Shown here: in pieces, positions 39,123 through 51,453 of the stretch | Numbering within the stretch: the stretch's first letter is position 1 | Layout of the letters: every line of letters starts with the position of its first letter | Source of the DNA: Octopus sinensis | Lineage: Eukaryota | Direction of reading: 5' to 3' | DNA: 64,000 nt | NCBI RefSeq assembly: GCF_006345805.1 | Contig: NC_043013.1 | Coordinates: forward strand, 20,522,001 to 20,586,000 | Made by a program: the position numbers and the translations under genes | Notes under the pieces: generated by a model | Seen by the model: the letters and a program-made list of their open reading frames with translations, nothing else | Databases searched by the model: none | What the model was told of the DNA's origin: nothing

Positions 39123-39363
39123 AGGCGCAGATGTGGCTGTGTGGAGACACAGAAGGGCTGTGTGGAGGCGCAGGAGGGGCTGTGTGGAGGTGCGGGAATG
39201 GCTGTGTGGAGGCGCAGGAGGGGCTGTGTGGAGGCGCAGGAGGGGCTGTGTGGAGGCGCAGGAGGGGCTGTGTGGAGGCGCAGGAGGGGCTGTGTGGAGG
39301 CGCAGGAGGGGCTGTGTGGAGGTGCGGGAATGGCTGTGTGGAGGTGCAGAATTGGCTGAGTGG
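39123..39363 (+). repeat. 22-bp G-rich minisatellite, ~11 units, derived from the SINE A head
   Basis: Unit AGGCGCAGGAGGGGCTGTGTGG versus SINE head AGGCGCAGGAGTGGCTGTGTGG; runs straight into TAAGTAGCTTGC of the SINE body. Confidence 0.92.
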
Positions 39364-39515
39364 TAAGTAGCTTGCTTACCATCCACATGGTCCTGGGTTC
39401 AGACGTACTGCGGGGCACCTTGGGCAAGTGTCTTCTACAATTGGCCGACCAAAACCTTGTGAGTGGATTTGGTAGACGGAAACTGAAAGAAGACCGTCGT
39501 CTATATATATGTATG

Positions 39516-39597
<82 letters not shown>

Positions 39598-39800
39598 TGT
39601 ATGTGTGTTTGTCCCCCAACCATAGCTTGACAACCGTGTGTTTATGTCCCCCGTAACTTAGCGGTTCGGCAAAAAGAGACCGATAGAATAGGTACTAGGC
39701 TTACAAAGAATAAAGTCCGGAGGTCGATTTGTTCGACTAAAGCTGGTGCTCCAGTATGGCCACGGTCAAATGACCGAAACAAATATAAGAATAGAAGAAT
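39342..39800 (+). mobile_element. SINE family A with long internal (TG)n
   Basis: Body and tail match the other family A copies. Confidence 0.9.
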
Positions 39801-40160
39801 AACGACAGAATGTTAATAAAAACAATAAATTCAATTATGATATATTAAAAGAAGTCGCGAGGGACGTACGTTGCTTCCGATACAATCTGCGTAGAAAATT
39901 TGAACTGGAACCATGAAGGAAACGACTCTTATGTAGGGAAAATGATGAACCTGAATTAGGTTATTCATATGTGGGCAAGAACTCTAGTTTTTTCATGCTT
40001 TTTTCTCCCTTAAAATATATTTGTTTGACGCATTCTGTTTTGTAGGAAGATACCTGCACTGTCGAAGGAAAACAGTAATGGTATTTCTAAGGCAGTACTA
40101 CTGTTGTGAACGGTTCTCGCTATAATTTCTGTCCCACAAAATAAAAGAATAGAATAGATC

Positions 40161-40191
<31 letters not shown>

Positions 40192-40282
40192 ATCTATCTA
40201 TTTCTTTCTCTCTATTTCTCACTTATTTACTCTCAAACACTCACTCACTCACTTGCTCACTCTTTCTCTCTCTCTCTATCTC

Positions 40283-40320
<38 letters not shown>

Positions 40321-40829
40321 AGACACACACATACACAAATAAATTTTATCAAATCAAAATAACCATTTATAATTTTATGTTTGGAAATTTTACGGAAAAG
40401 TAATTTTGTTCTTTTACATGAGCCGTTTACGACAGACGGCGTTTGGAACTTTGGGCTAAATGAATAACAGCATGGTACCATGACGTAACGAAGACATACT
40501 TTTTTTTTAACTAAGTGTACTAGACAAGTTCAGAAATGTAATCCAGTTCTGCACTTCGATAGTCACAACCTCCCAGCTCTCAATCCTCCGTACGACAGTG
40601 TTTGTCACAACCGTAACTTGGCTACATTCATGTAATTTCATGCATCTTGGCACCAACTTAACTTCCAGCCTTCTTCTTGAAATAGGAACTGGAGTCTTAA
40701 AGATTGATAACCAGTTAGGGCGTCTGACTGGTCAATAATAGTGAATTACTTTTTGGAGGGAGATTTGAAAATGACCGTAGCCTGCCATGCGTTTTATAAT
40801 AAAAAGCCTGCCAAGCTTTTTATTATATT

Positions 40830-40888
<59 letters not shown>

Positions 40889-40914
40889 TAATAATGATGA
40901 TAATAATGATGATG

Positions 40915-40981
<67 letters not shown>
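40830..40981. repeat. (TAA)n microsatellite
   Basis: Direct reading. Confidence 0.95.
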
Positions 40982-40982
<1 letters not shown>

Positions 40983-41920
40983 CAAAAGCTATAAAACAAA
41001 TGAAATCCAAACTAAAAATAGAACAGCAACGAACCATGATAAAACGATGGCAAGAAAAGCCCCTTCATGGCAAATACTGGACTAAACTAAATGCAAAAGA
41101 AATAGACAAAGAAAAATCCCAACAATGGTTGAGAAGCTCAGGACTCAAAGCAGAGACAGAAGGATCTTTTAATTGCAGCACAAGACCAAAGCCTCCCCAC
41201 CAGAAATTACCAAAAACATGTAATGAAAAGAAATATAACAAGTAACTGCAGAATATGTGGAGATGGACAAGAAACAATAAATCATATTATCTCTGGCTGC
41301 CCGGTCCTGGCTAAGAAGTAATATATTCACAGACACGACAGAGTTGGGACCTATATACACTAGAAACTATGACAACATTATGGAATAACAACAGAAAAAA
41401 TATGGTATAGGCACACACCAGAAAAAGTCACAGAAAACGAGAAAGCAACCATAGTCTGGGATATGCCAATACACACAGATAGAGAAATTAAGGCCAACAG
41501 ACCAGATTTAGTTGTCAGAGATCATGAAAAAAAAAAGTGTTTTTTAATTGATGTATCAATACCAACGGATGACAACGTGTCTCTAAAAGAAATGGAGAAA
41601 CTTTCAAAATACAAAGACCTGGAAATAGAGGTAACCAGAATGTGGAATCTAAAAGCAGAAACAATTCCTATCATAATAGGTGCATTAGGCATGATAAAAA
41701 AATATTCAGACAAATACATAACAAAAACACCAGGACTTACAAACATATAACATACAGAAAATTGCACTACTAGGCACTGTACACATCCTACGCAGAACAC
41801 TTTCCATACAATAATCACCAGAGCATCACAACAAATCACAGCACATACCCAAGGCACACAGAGCTGCGCTCGGTAGTGAAGTGAAAGCACGATATAAAAA
41901 ATATACTACTGAATGATAAT
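40982..41920 (+). mobile_element. R4/Dong-like LINE, 5'-truncated 3' end (zinc knuckle, restriction-like endonuclease, 3' UTR)
   Basis: 'KPLHGKYW..WLRSSGLKAETEG', 'CRICGDGQETINHIISGC', 'RHDRV', 'NRPDLVVRD..CFLIDVSIP..EKLSKYKDL..PIIIGALG'; few stops; flanked by TAA repeats. Confidence 0.92.
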
Positions 41921-41977
41921 AATTATAACATCGAAAAATACCATAGGAATGAGAACCCAGGTTCGAAATTTTCCCAA

Positions 41978-42023
41978 GACACCTGAAGAAGGCTGGAGGG
42001 TATATCAGCCGAAACGTTGTGTT
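41978..42023 (+). ncRNA. Minimal type I hammerhead ribozyme, family H4, in ~175-bp repeat 41925-42100
   Basis: GACAC-CTGAAGA-A-GGCTG-GAGGGTATAT-CAGCC-GAAAC-GTT-GTGTT: canonical core, stem I GACAC/GTGTT, 5-bp stem II, palindrome AACGTT. Confidence 0.8.
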
Positions 42024-42913
42024 AACAACAAACAAGATGAGGACAAATATCCGTCGAATGTAAATAATGTACATAATTCCTCATTTCTTAATTATAGAAC
42101 AGCACAATTATTCACTGACATTTTGGGAGATAAGCAACTTCGTGAAATTCATTTCGAGGAAAGATATGGTCAAAGTTGTTGGCAGTCCTGATCTGAGCCG
42201 GATAGTGGTTTCCCACCTGTATATCTTGAAGGTTGTTCAGTTTAATTTTAATTATGCCCTTAATTAATTACACTTCTGTTTTAAATATTTATTTCAAGTA
42301 ATTATTGTGTAATGATAATAGACATAAATTTTAATGAGCTAATATGTATTATAAAAGATCTGTCCCCGCTCCTTCAATTGATGTCTGTAATTTATCTGCG
42401 CCTCACAGGATTTAGGGAAAAAAATGTACGGAACAGCTGATACGGGATAGTGCCGGTGCACCCCAATACCCCATGTAAGGGTAATAAATTTAGTTTCATG
42501 TGGATGTGCACAGATCGCAGAGTGGATGTTTCACCAGAATTGGACCTCTGGTGTTTGGTGCTATGTATTGAAAGAGAAATAGCGAAGTCTTGCGTGTAAA
42601 AGGGTAAAGGCGATAAAAACCTCGGAACTTGCTGATCCATGTGAAACCAGAAAATCTGAACAAGATCCCAGACGTGATTGTCCTACTAAACGGCATTTAA
42701 GTGTCTTTTTTAGTGTGGAATAAAATGCCCAGTTCCCACATATGTGGTAATGCCTAACCTCTGCCAACCTTTTGTTCATAAAGAGAAGCTAAGATAGCAT
42801 GGGTCAGTGCTGCTGCTGACATTACAACAGCTATATTATTAATGGTAGCATTACCCGTGGTAATAACGACTGCAGCAACAATTTCTAGAAACCATTCAAA
42901 GAATAGCAGTACC

Positions 42914-43130
42914 TATTTCTTAACTACCCACAAGGGGCTAAACACAGAGAGGACAAACAAGGACAGACAAACGGATTAAGTCGATTACATCGATCCCAGT
43001 GCGTAACTGGTACTTTATTTATCGACCCCAAAAGGACCTCGGCGAAATTTGAACTCAGAACGTAACGGCAGGCGAAATACCGCTAAGCGTTTCGCCCGGC
43101 GTGCTAACGACTCTGCCAGCTCGCCGCCTT
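42914..43130 (-). mobile_element. SINE family B, near full length (short internal deletion)
   Basis: 16-bp target-site duplication AAAGAATAGCAGTACC at 42898-42913 and 43150-43165. Confidence 0.92.
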
Positions 43131-43765
43131 AAAAGGGTAAAGGCGATAAAAAGAATAGCAGTACCATTGCGAGTAAACCAGCCTCAACAATAGGCAAATA
43201 CCAGTATAACAAACATAAAACCACATAAACCATTCATTTATTAAAGTTGCCACAAGCTCGCTCTAGATGTATCACAATTACCAAATGGCGGCTGTCTACA
43301 CCTCCATATGATAAAGGGACATAATCTGAAGAATCAAGAATTCTCCAAATTTGACACGCCATTTTAGGAAAAAACACGTCTTTATTAGATGCTCAAATCA
43401 ATAGTCATTACATTTTTGATCATAGACCTACATGTTCAGAGTTGGCCTGGGGTTAAACAACAACGCCAATAGCCTGAAATATAGATCACGTGTGGCGATA
43501 GCAACAAGTTAAATATATAAATTTCTAAAAGATCAAATGTTTAATAGATGAAAATCACAATTAAATGGTTTAAAATCATTTTTCTAATCAATGTTGTCTT
43601 TTTGTTAATCTTTCTACTAAAAAAATATGAAAACGTCTGGAAAATATTTACATACATTTCACACACAACACATAAGACACACACATATGAACACGCATGT
43701 ATGTATACAAACACAAACACAAACACATGTTTGCAATACAATCACACACACATACACACACACAT

Positions 43766-43878
<113 letters not shown>

Positions 43879-44174
43879 CAAACACACACATACACACAAA
43901 ATTCATAAATACACACAAAAAATATATAAATGCACATAGACACAGACACACGTATACATATGAACAGACGTATGCAGAAAGATACGTCACACATATACAC
44001 ACATGAACACACATATCTACATACAATCTTCAGTATCTTGTTTTGACGGCCATAAAATTTCAATAAATTAATATTTATTTGTCTACACTGAAATATTTAA
44101 ATATAAATTTTCCTTTTTCCTCGACTGTGTTTCGGTTAAAATTGAAAGACAAAACAAAATATGTCTGGGTTTCA

Positions 44175-44790
44175 TTCTGACATCATAACGAATGTACGTC
44201 TTATTGTCTTTATGACATCATAACTAATATTAATGCTTCATTGTTATTATGATATCAGAAGTAAGGTATTGTTATTATGATATTAGAACTAAGTATTGTT
44301 ATTATGATATCAGAACTAAGGTATGTCTTATTGTCTATGGCATAAGAACTACTTAGCATGTTTTATTATCATTATCAGCGAATATTTACGTCTGATTATT
44401 ATTATGACATCATAACTATTATTTATGCCTCATTGGTATAATGACGTCGGAACTAATATGTATCTCTCATTGGTGCAATGCTATCGTAAATTATCTATTG
44501 CATATCGAGTCATTTTCATGGAAACTGAACAAATATATTTCTCTGATCATTGCTTTGGAATCAAAGCAAATATCTGTACATCACTTAGTATCTTACATTG
44601 AAGACAATATTCACAAATCGTTGTTGTTATGACATCATAGAAAATACTTATCTTTCATCACACTTATGCTATCAGAACAAAAATGTTGTGTATTTCATTG
44701 TTGTTCTGCTGTCGGAACATATGTTAGTGCTGTATCGACAGTTATATCACACGAAACACTTTATCATATTGAGTTTATGACATACAAACA
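44175..44790. repeat. Degenerate ~27-37-bp minisatellite (TATTGTTATTATGA(C/T)ATCA(T/G)AACTAA)
   Basis: Clear units at 44200-44460, decaying to ~44790. Confidence 0.75.
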
Positions 44791-45169
44791 ACACATCTCC
44801 CTTGCCATCCTCCGAAGCAACTCCTTTTCCTATTTGTCTTCTGGGGTCATGAGAAATATTTCTATACTGTGAAAGGCAAGGTTTTTCAAAATAAATTCAA
44901 ATATAGGAAATTTAATTGCAAATAATTCTTGAATGTTTCCTCGTCTTTTCTGCTTGACACATAAAAACACATTTAATAAATGACTATATTCATTCATAAT
45001 TTTTACTCAGTTTGACATAAAACGAACGTGTGAAACATGGCAAAGAGAAACTTACATTGAACTGAGTTAAACTCAGTTTACATTTCATATTCTGGTTACA
45101 CCTGGTTCAGTTTTATGAACAGCACAGAGCTCTATCACAGAGGAAATTATCTGTCCTCATTCCTATCAG

Positions 45170-46315
45170 CCTTGTCAACCAAAAAAAAAACCTCTTTCGC
45201 CACAGACACCAGGCAAAAGAAAATTGCCTTCCCTGCCCGATGGAAAGATTGAAGATGGTGTGATCATCATTACAGACTTGGCCGACAGACGGATCCGTCC
45301 TACATGTGACAGCGGCTGTTCAACATAACCTCACAAGTCAGCAACGCCGGGACACTGAACGAGGGCGTGCAGAATGGTTTCGTCACTCTGCATGCACCTC
45401 GGACAAGTCGGTCTGACAGCACATCTGTGACTGTAGAGTTTATTTCGAACAGGTAGTGCCCCCTGCCCCGTAGCACTGCCAGACCAAGAACATCTGCAAA
45501 TTATCCGTGATAGTTCTCGACTGGAAAGTCCTCCGGAATAGACTAGCCAGCTCATTCTCGTCGGCGTCCAGAATCTCCCAGAGAACGTCGTCGCACTTCG
45601 CCACTAATCCTCTATAACTTTCTAAAGCGGAACATCCACCGATCCTATTGCCTGACTGGTAGACGGTTATGAGCGCCTGACGACATTCTAGGTGTCTTTT
45701 CTTCACCCAGGACTGCAGCTCTGTCAAGGAGACGAGCTGCAGAAAGACGAGCCTCACAAACGGAGCCCACACACGCTCACCGTCCAGTAATCGTTGCAGG
45801 TGGCGTAACCTAAGAGCGTGTCTGCCCATTAGGAGTCACGGCATACCAAGTACGCCATTCAGATGATGCTGGCAACACCCTGACCATTGAAACGCATCCT
45901 TTCCACAGGAATTTAGATAAGAGACGATCCAAGCAGGTCAAGCAGTAACAGGGACAAGGCACGACGGTCCGGCGATAAATGATAAGGGAGGCGATGTAAG
46001 GATTCGTCACCTTTGTTCGACCTTTCAGGGATAGCTTTATTTCAGCCTGTTTCTAGGTAGGCCTGACCACTCTGTTCGCCCCTTCGTCCCAGTTCTCATC
46101 AACCTGGAGGTCGGGAGCAAACCAGATCCCGAGCACTTTAACTGGTCCGTCGGTCCTGCATCCGACGACGCCGTCCGATGGCATCGTCCTGCCTCTCTAG
46201 AAGCCCAACCACAAACCCACCAATTTGGCGGCGCTGATTTTAGCCCCTGCAGCCGACTCATATGCCTTTAGGATGGTACCGACTGTCTCCAATTCGGAGA
46301 CGCCCGACACCGATA
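45170..46315 (-). mobile_element. L1/Tx1-like LINE ORF2 C-terminal relic
   Basis: 'LPVRNKL...TCPRCMQSDETILHALVQC' zinc knuckle; 'LDRLLSKFLWKG'; 'HALRLRHLQRLLDGERVWAPFV'; GC-richer than flanks; frameshifted. Confidence 0.8.
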
Positions 46316-46319
46316 ATAA

Positions 46320-46476
46320 TAATCTTTTCTACTCTAGACACAAAGCCTGAAATTTTGGGGCAGTGGGGTGGGGCTAGTGGATTAAATCGACCCCAGTGTT
46401 TTACTGGTACGTAATTTATTAACCTCGAAAGGATGAAAGACAAAGTCGACCCCGGATGAATTTGATCTCAGAACGT
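46320..46476 (-). mobile_element. SINE family B, truncated
   Basis: ATCGACCCCAGTG..CTGGTAC..GAAAGGATGAAAGACAAAGTCGACC. Confidence 0.75.
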
Positions 46477-46619
46477 GTTTGTGGTTGATGATGGTGATGC
46501 TGATGCTGATAACGACGACGACGATGACGATGAAAATGACAATGTTGATGAGGATGATGATGAAGATATATCTGAAAGTTCTGGAAGCTGATGATATAAA
46601 GGGTGGGCTAATGAAAGCC

Positions 46620-47200
46620 AACATTAAGAGAGAATACTTCTGAAGGGTAAAGAGAATTTTAACATCCAACTGAATGGTATAAATAATTGAAGAATGTCTT
46701 TATCGTTAAGTAACGTACGGAAATAATCTAACGGACAAAGGGAAGTCTTGAGATGGTAGTTAGAATAACAAGGAAATTGACGAAAATCGGGCGAGTCTTA
46801 CACTTACAAGCAGATGTTGACAGATTTCATTTCGACAAGAACGAGGTAGACAAACGAGGGAGTAAAGGTACAGAGTGTTACGAATTATGTTGTAGATATT
46901 GACGAAATGCTTTTGAAAGCAGACGACATGTTAGCTGAATGTTGGTATTGTAATATGTTATCTTTCCAATTACTACAGAATGGAATTTTGAAGAAAGCTA
47001 CAGAGAAATTGAACCTAAATGTGTAGGATGAAGCAATTTGGAATTATCACAGAATTGTTATTTTCCAAATTGCAGGGTAGTTGCAAGAAGTTGAAATGGC
47101 AGTTGAAGATGATGGATATAGAGGGGAATTTCTTCACTCTGCAACGAACCTGTTTGCTTGGTGTAAAAAGTAATGTACAAGACATCTAACGTTCCAAGCC
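46620..47200 (+). mobile_element. Very decayed R4-like LINE relic
   Basis: 'VLHLQADVDRF' (~46795) and 'LQRTCLLG' (~47140) resemble R4/Dong motifs. Confidence 0.4.
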
Positions 47201-47497
47201 ACAAACTCATATCCACCAGTCCAAATAAAAATGTTGTTGTTAGCTTAAGTATGAGGCCACCATTTTCTCAATAAGGTGTTAATCGATTAAGTGGGCTTCG
47301 ATATTTAACTGGTACTTTATTTGATCAAAAATAGACGAAAGTCGGATTTAACGTCGGCGGGGTTTGAACTCAGAACCTAAAAAGGCGGAACTAATGATTC
47401 AGTGAAGATAATCGTTCCTGATTTAGGTACAAGACCGGTAACTTTCAGAGGAAGGAGGTTAATTGACTACATCGTCCCTGACTGGAACTTTATGTTA

Positions 47498-47878
47498 AAA
47501 GACTTTCCTTCCCAGCCACATGTTTCCAGGTTCAGTCCCACTGAGTGGCACCTTGGGCACGTGTCTTTTACTATTGCCTCGGGTCGACCACAGCTTCGCG
47601 AGTGGATTTAGTAGACGGAAATAGAAAGAACCCCGTCGTATTTATGTGTGTATGTGTTTCTGTTTTTGTACACCACTACCACGTGACAACCGGTGTTGGT
47701 GTATTTATGCTCCCGCAACTTAGCAGTTCGGCATAAGAGACCAGTAGAATAAGCACCAGGCTTAACAAAATTTTAAAAAAAATCGTAGTGGGCTCGATTC
47801 ACTCGGCTACAAAAATGTCTTCGAGGCTGTGCTCCAACATGGCCGCAGCTTAATGACTGAAACCAGTAAAAGATAATA
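47498..47878 (+). mobile_element. SINE family A, diverged, preceded by family B remnants (47280-47490)
   Basis: GGTTCAGTCCCACTG...CACCTTGGGCA...CATGGCCGCAG..TGACTGAAAC. Confidence 0.82.
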
Positions 47879-48199
47879 GATGCACACACTATGATAATGA
47901 TAACCTCACACTTTGAGTGTATACTTATAATATTTACGGTAACGTGACGTTGCTCTTAGCTTAATCTCGGGACCTTATCCTACTTCAGAGCATAGTAGAC
48001 ACAGAAGCATTTTAGAAATGATGCTTTCTAGTTCAGATCCAATCTCTGATAATATCTCAATCCAGAAATTGGATACCTGCAAATGACGGAAAAACAAACT
48101 AGACGAATTATAATGAATATATAAAAAATTTGAAAACCTATGCTTTGTAATGACAGACGTCAAATCTTGAGAAGATAAAAACGTAGTGCGTATATAAAT

Positions 48200-48415
48200 A
48201 TTGGTTTCAAATCTTGGAATAAAACTAACAAATTCGAGGAGGGGAACGGGGGGATTTCATCGACCCTCAGTGTCCAAATTCTACTTACTTAATCGAACCC
48301 GGAAGGAATGAAAGGCAAAGTCGACCTCAGTGGTATTCAAACTCAGAACGAAAAGACGGACGAAATGCCAAGCATTTTGCCGGGCGTACAACAGATTCTG
48401 CCAGCTCGCTGCCTT
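48200..48415 (-). mobile_element. SINE family B, diverged
   Basis: GAAAGGCAAAGTCGACCTC...CTGCCAGCTCGCTGCCTT. Confidence 0.82.
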
Positions 48416-49258
48416 ATTGTACGAATATAAACATTGTAACTACATAAGCTGATCACGGAGTTAGATACCTAGTATCACATTGTTTGAGGTTTAAATGTTT
48501 AAGGAGTCATAATGAAATGAGCCCTTCTCCAGAGAGTTTTATATAAGATGTGCACAACACTTAAGAGATATATGACCTAAGTAAGGAATTTAACATTGAA
48601 ATTCTCTTTGGTGTTACACCAATTTTCAAACAATCTTAACATTGGTAGTTTCAACATCTGACTTTTACAGAGCTAGATATAACATGCCTGAATGAAAGAG
48701 TGGGAAATCGTATCTGGTACGACATTGATCAATTATATCAGCGAAGCAGTAACAACGAGCAAATCATATAAATCAATTGCAACAAAATGAAATATCAACA
48801 GAGACGGTCTGTTATTAGGATATCGATTTGTTTTTAACATATATATTAACCTGATCTGTAATTTTGAGCATGTTCATTATCGATTGTACAGGGTAAATCG
48901 AAAACAGGTAGACAATGAAATAATATTTATTCAACAACACAAACCCAGTTAAATAATAATCATTGAGAAAAATTGCTACTAAAGGACAAGAGAGATACAA
49001 CAGCGAACTTCGTAAAAAAGACTTAAATAATACACAGTGTGCTTACAGATAGGGTAAAAGGTGGTGTCAGCTCAGGTCACTTCACGTTTCAGATGCACAC
49101 ATGCACAAGCGTCACACATACACATACACACACACACATACTTATCACTCTCTCACTCACTCATTTTCTCTCAGCTTACATATATATATATATACTTAGA
49201 TAAATATATACATACATATATATACATATAGAGAGACACACACACGCATATATATGCG

Positions 49259-49298
<40 letters not shown>

Positions 49299-49310
49299 AT
49301 ATATATATAT

Positions 49311-50010
49311 TCGTTTTGGGATTTGGTCTGCAAGATTATTTGTGTGAGTTGGTGTGTTGAAGCATATTCTGTTGTGTCTGGGGAGAGTCATTCTCTTTAG
49401 CACCGCAGAGCGCTGGACACGTTGCATAGTGTCCCCATCGAAGAGGCTGAGAACAACCATCAGGTGAAAGGAATGATTGCACATCCAATAGGGGCTAGCA
49501 TAAGAACAACCTTGAAGAACCACATAGTAAAGTTTAACAAGAAACTATGCATACAGGATCAAGATGCAGCCATTGGTGTCGGTATAGCTGGAGATATAGC
49601 CGGCCTCTTCATGACCTGGTGGGACAGAAAACTTAAGCAATCCTTAGCAGAACAGTCCACAACTCTTCTACTTTACAGTAGTTATGTAGATGGCATTAAT
49701 ATCCTAGTAAAGACCAACTCTAGTAATGAGAAACTGAGAGGAACATAATGGACAGCATCCAGCAAGTAGCTAACTCCATCTACTAAAGTATCAAGGTATC
49801 TGTAGATTACCCCACTAGGTAATCTCAACAATAGATTCCCCGTCCTTGATACTGAACGTTGGTTAGAGAATGTGAACAACAGATAGCAGCTCTACTACTC
49901 CTATTATATGAAATCCATGGCTTCGAACTATGTTGTTCACACAAACTCAGCTTTGTCAAACAGCATGAAAAATACGTAGTACTAGCAGACTTAGTTAGGA
50001 TAATGAATAA
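49311..50010 (+). mobile_element. Penelope-like reverse-transcriptase fragment
   Basis: 'NHIVKFNKKLCIQ...AIGVGIAGDIAGLFMTWWDR...LYSSYVDGINIL' (RT core, second Asp of YVDD lost), then 'SIKVSVDYP....RFPVLD' and 'YSYYMKSMAS....SALS', typical of the Penelope RT thumb; bounded by (TA)n. Confidence 0.75.
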
Positions 50011-50187
50011 CGTACCCCTTTGAGAATACCATATGCATCAATGATAACTGTATGGTATGTAGAATTAGCCATGGCATTAACTATAGAACCAAAAATGTAG
50101 TCTACAACATAAGATGCATAGAGAGTGCTTGTAAAGAGATGGACATGACATATATATATATTATATATATATATATATATATACATA

Positions 50188-51453
50188 CGAGGGGCATTCA
50201 ATAAGTAATGCCCCTGATCCACTTGCAGTTGTTTGATCTAGCTGAAATTTTGCATGTGCAATTTATATCTTTATAGATTAAGTGGCAAATTACAGCTCTG
50301 AACTAATTGTGGTTTCTGATTTACAGGTGTTTGAACTGAGTCAAGTGTGAAATGGAGCCTGTTGAGTGTCGAGCAGTGATCTGGTTTTTGTATTTGAAAG
50401 GACGCACACCACGGGAGACTTTTGATGAAATGAAAGTAACTTATGGTGATGATGCCCCATCATATGACCTTGTAAAACGTTGGTATTGTGAATTCAAACA
50501 TAGTCGGAACTCTGTGGAAACAGCTCCCAGATCTGGTCGCCCCCTTCTGCCGTTGATGAGACGTCTGTCCGTCAAGTTGATGCTGCCATTTTGGAAGGTC
50601 AACGCATAACTATTCGCCAAATAGCCCATAAGGTCAAGATTAGTACCGGGTCTGTGGAAACTATCATTCATGACTATTTGCATATGCAAAAGGTGTCTGC
50701 CAGATGGATTTCCAGGTTGCTCACACCTTTCCAGAAGCAAGAACGCGTTGAGTGCTCGAGGATGAATTTGGAGATGTGCCAAGAAGATGAGTCAAAATTT
50801 TTCAAAAGACTGATCACACAGGATAAAACCTGGGTCCATCACTATGATTCATAGACCAAAGCCCAGTCAATGCAGTGAAAGCACCGTGACTCACCTCCTC
50901 CAAAGAAGGCAAGGGTGCAGCCCTCCGCTGACAAGGTTATGCTCACAGTCTTCTGGGACCAGGACGGAGTAGTGATGACAGATTTCCTGGCAAAGGGTAC
51001 CACAATTACAGGAGCCTATTATGATTCACTTTGAGGAAATTAAGAGAATCTATCAAAATCAAGAGGCGGGGCAAGATCATCAAAGGCACCCTGTTCCTGC
51101 AGGACAACGCTCCGGTCCACAACTCGCGTGTCGCCAGATCAGAAGCACAGGCGTGCAGCTATGAACTCCTCCCCTTGCACCCTCTGATTTTCACCTCTTC
51201 CCAGCCATGAAGTTGATTTTGAAAGGAAAGCGTTTCCCAGATGATGCAGCCTTGATTTCTGAAGTCACGTCGTGGTTGGAGGACCAAGCTGGGGTCTTCT
51301 ACAAAAACGGTCTCCAGAGCTGTATCAAACGATGGGAGAAATGCATAACTCTGGGTAGTTCCTATGTAGGAAAAGACTAATAACTGTGCCAAGTGTCGTT
51401 GCTCTACTGCTATGGGAAGTGGGTCAGGGGCATTACTTATTGAACGCCCCTCG
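50188..51453 (+). mobile_element. Full-length mariner transposon
   Basis: Terminal inverted repeats CGAGGGGCATTCAATAAGTAATGCCCCTGATCCACTT / AAGTGGGTCAGGGGCATTACTTATTGAACGCCCCTCG; TA on both sides; 1266 bp. Confidence 0.96.
50352..51380 (+). pseudogene. Mariner transposase, disrupted
   Basis: 'MEPVECRAVIWFLYLKG..PRSGRP', 'KVSARWISRLL', 'ITQDKTWVHHYD', 'QDNAPVH', 'LAPSDFHLF'; frameshifts, stops, and loss of the YSPD segment. Confidence 0.93.

Noticed and set aside
42400-42800. Possible host exon after a CCTCACAG acceptor-like site
   Set aside because: All three plus frames close within a few codons; minus ORFs show no known motif.
44175-44790. CRISPR-like repeat/spacer appearance
   Set aside because: Repeats are degenerate and the linkers are short and related to each other; it is a minisatellite.
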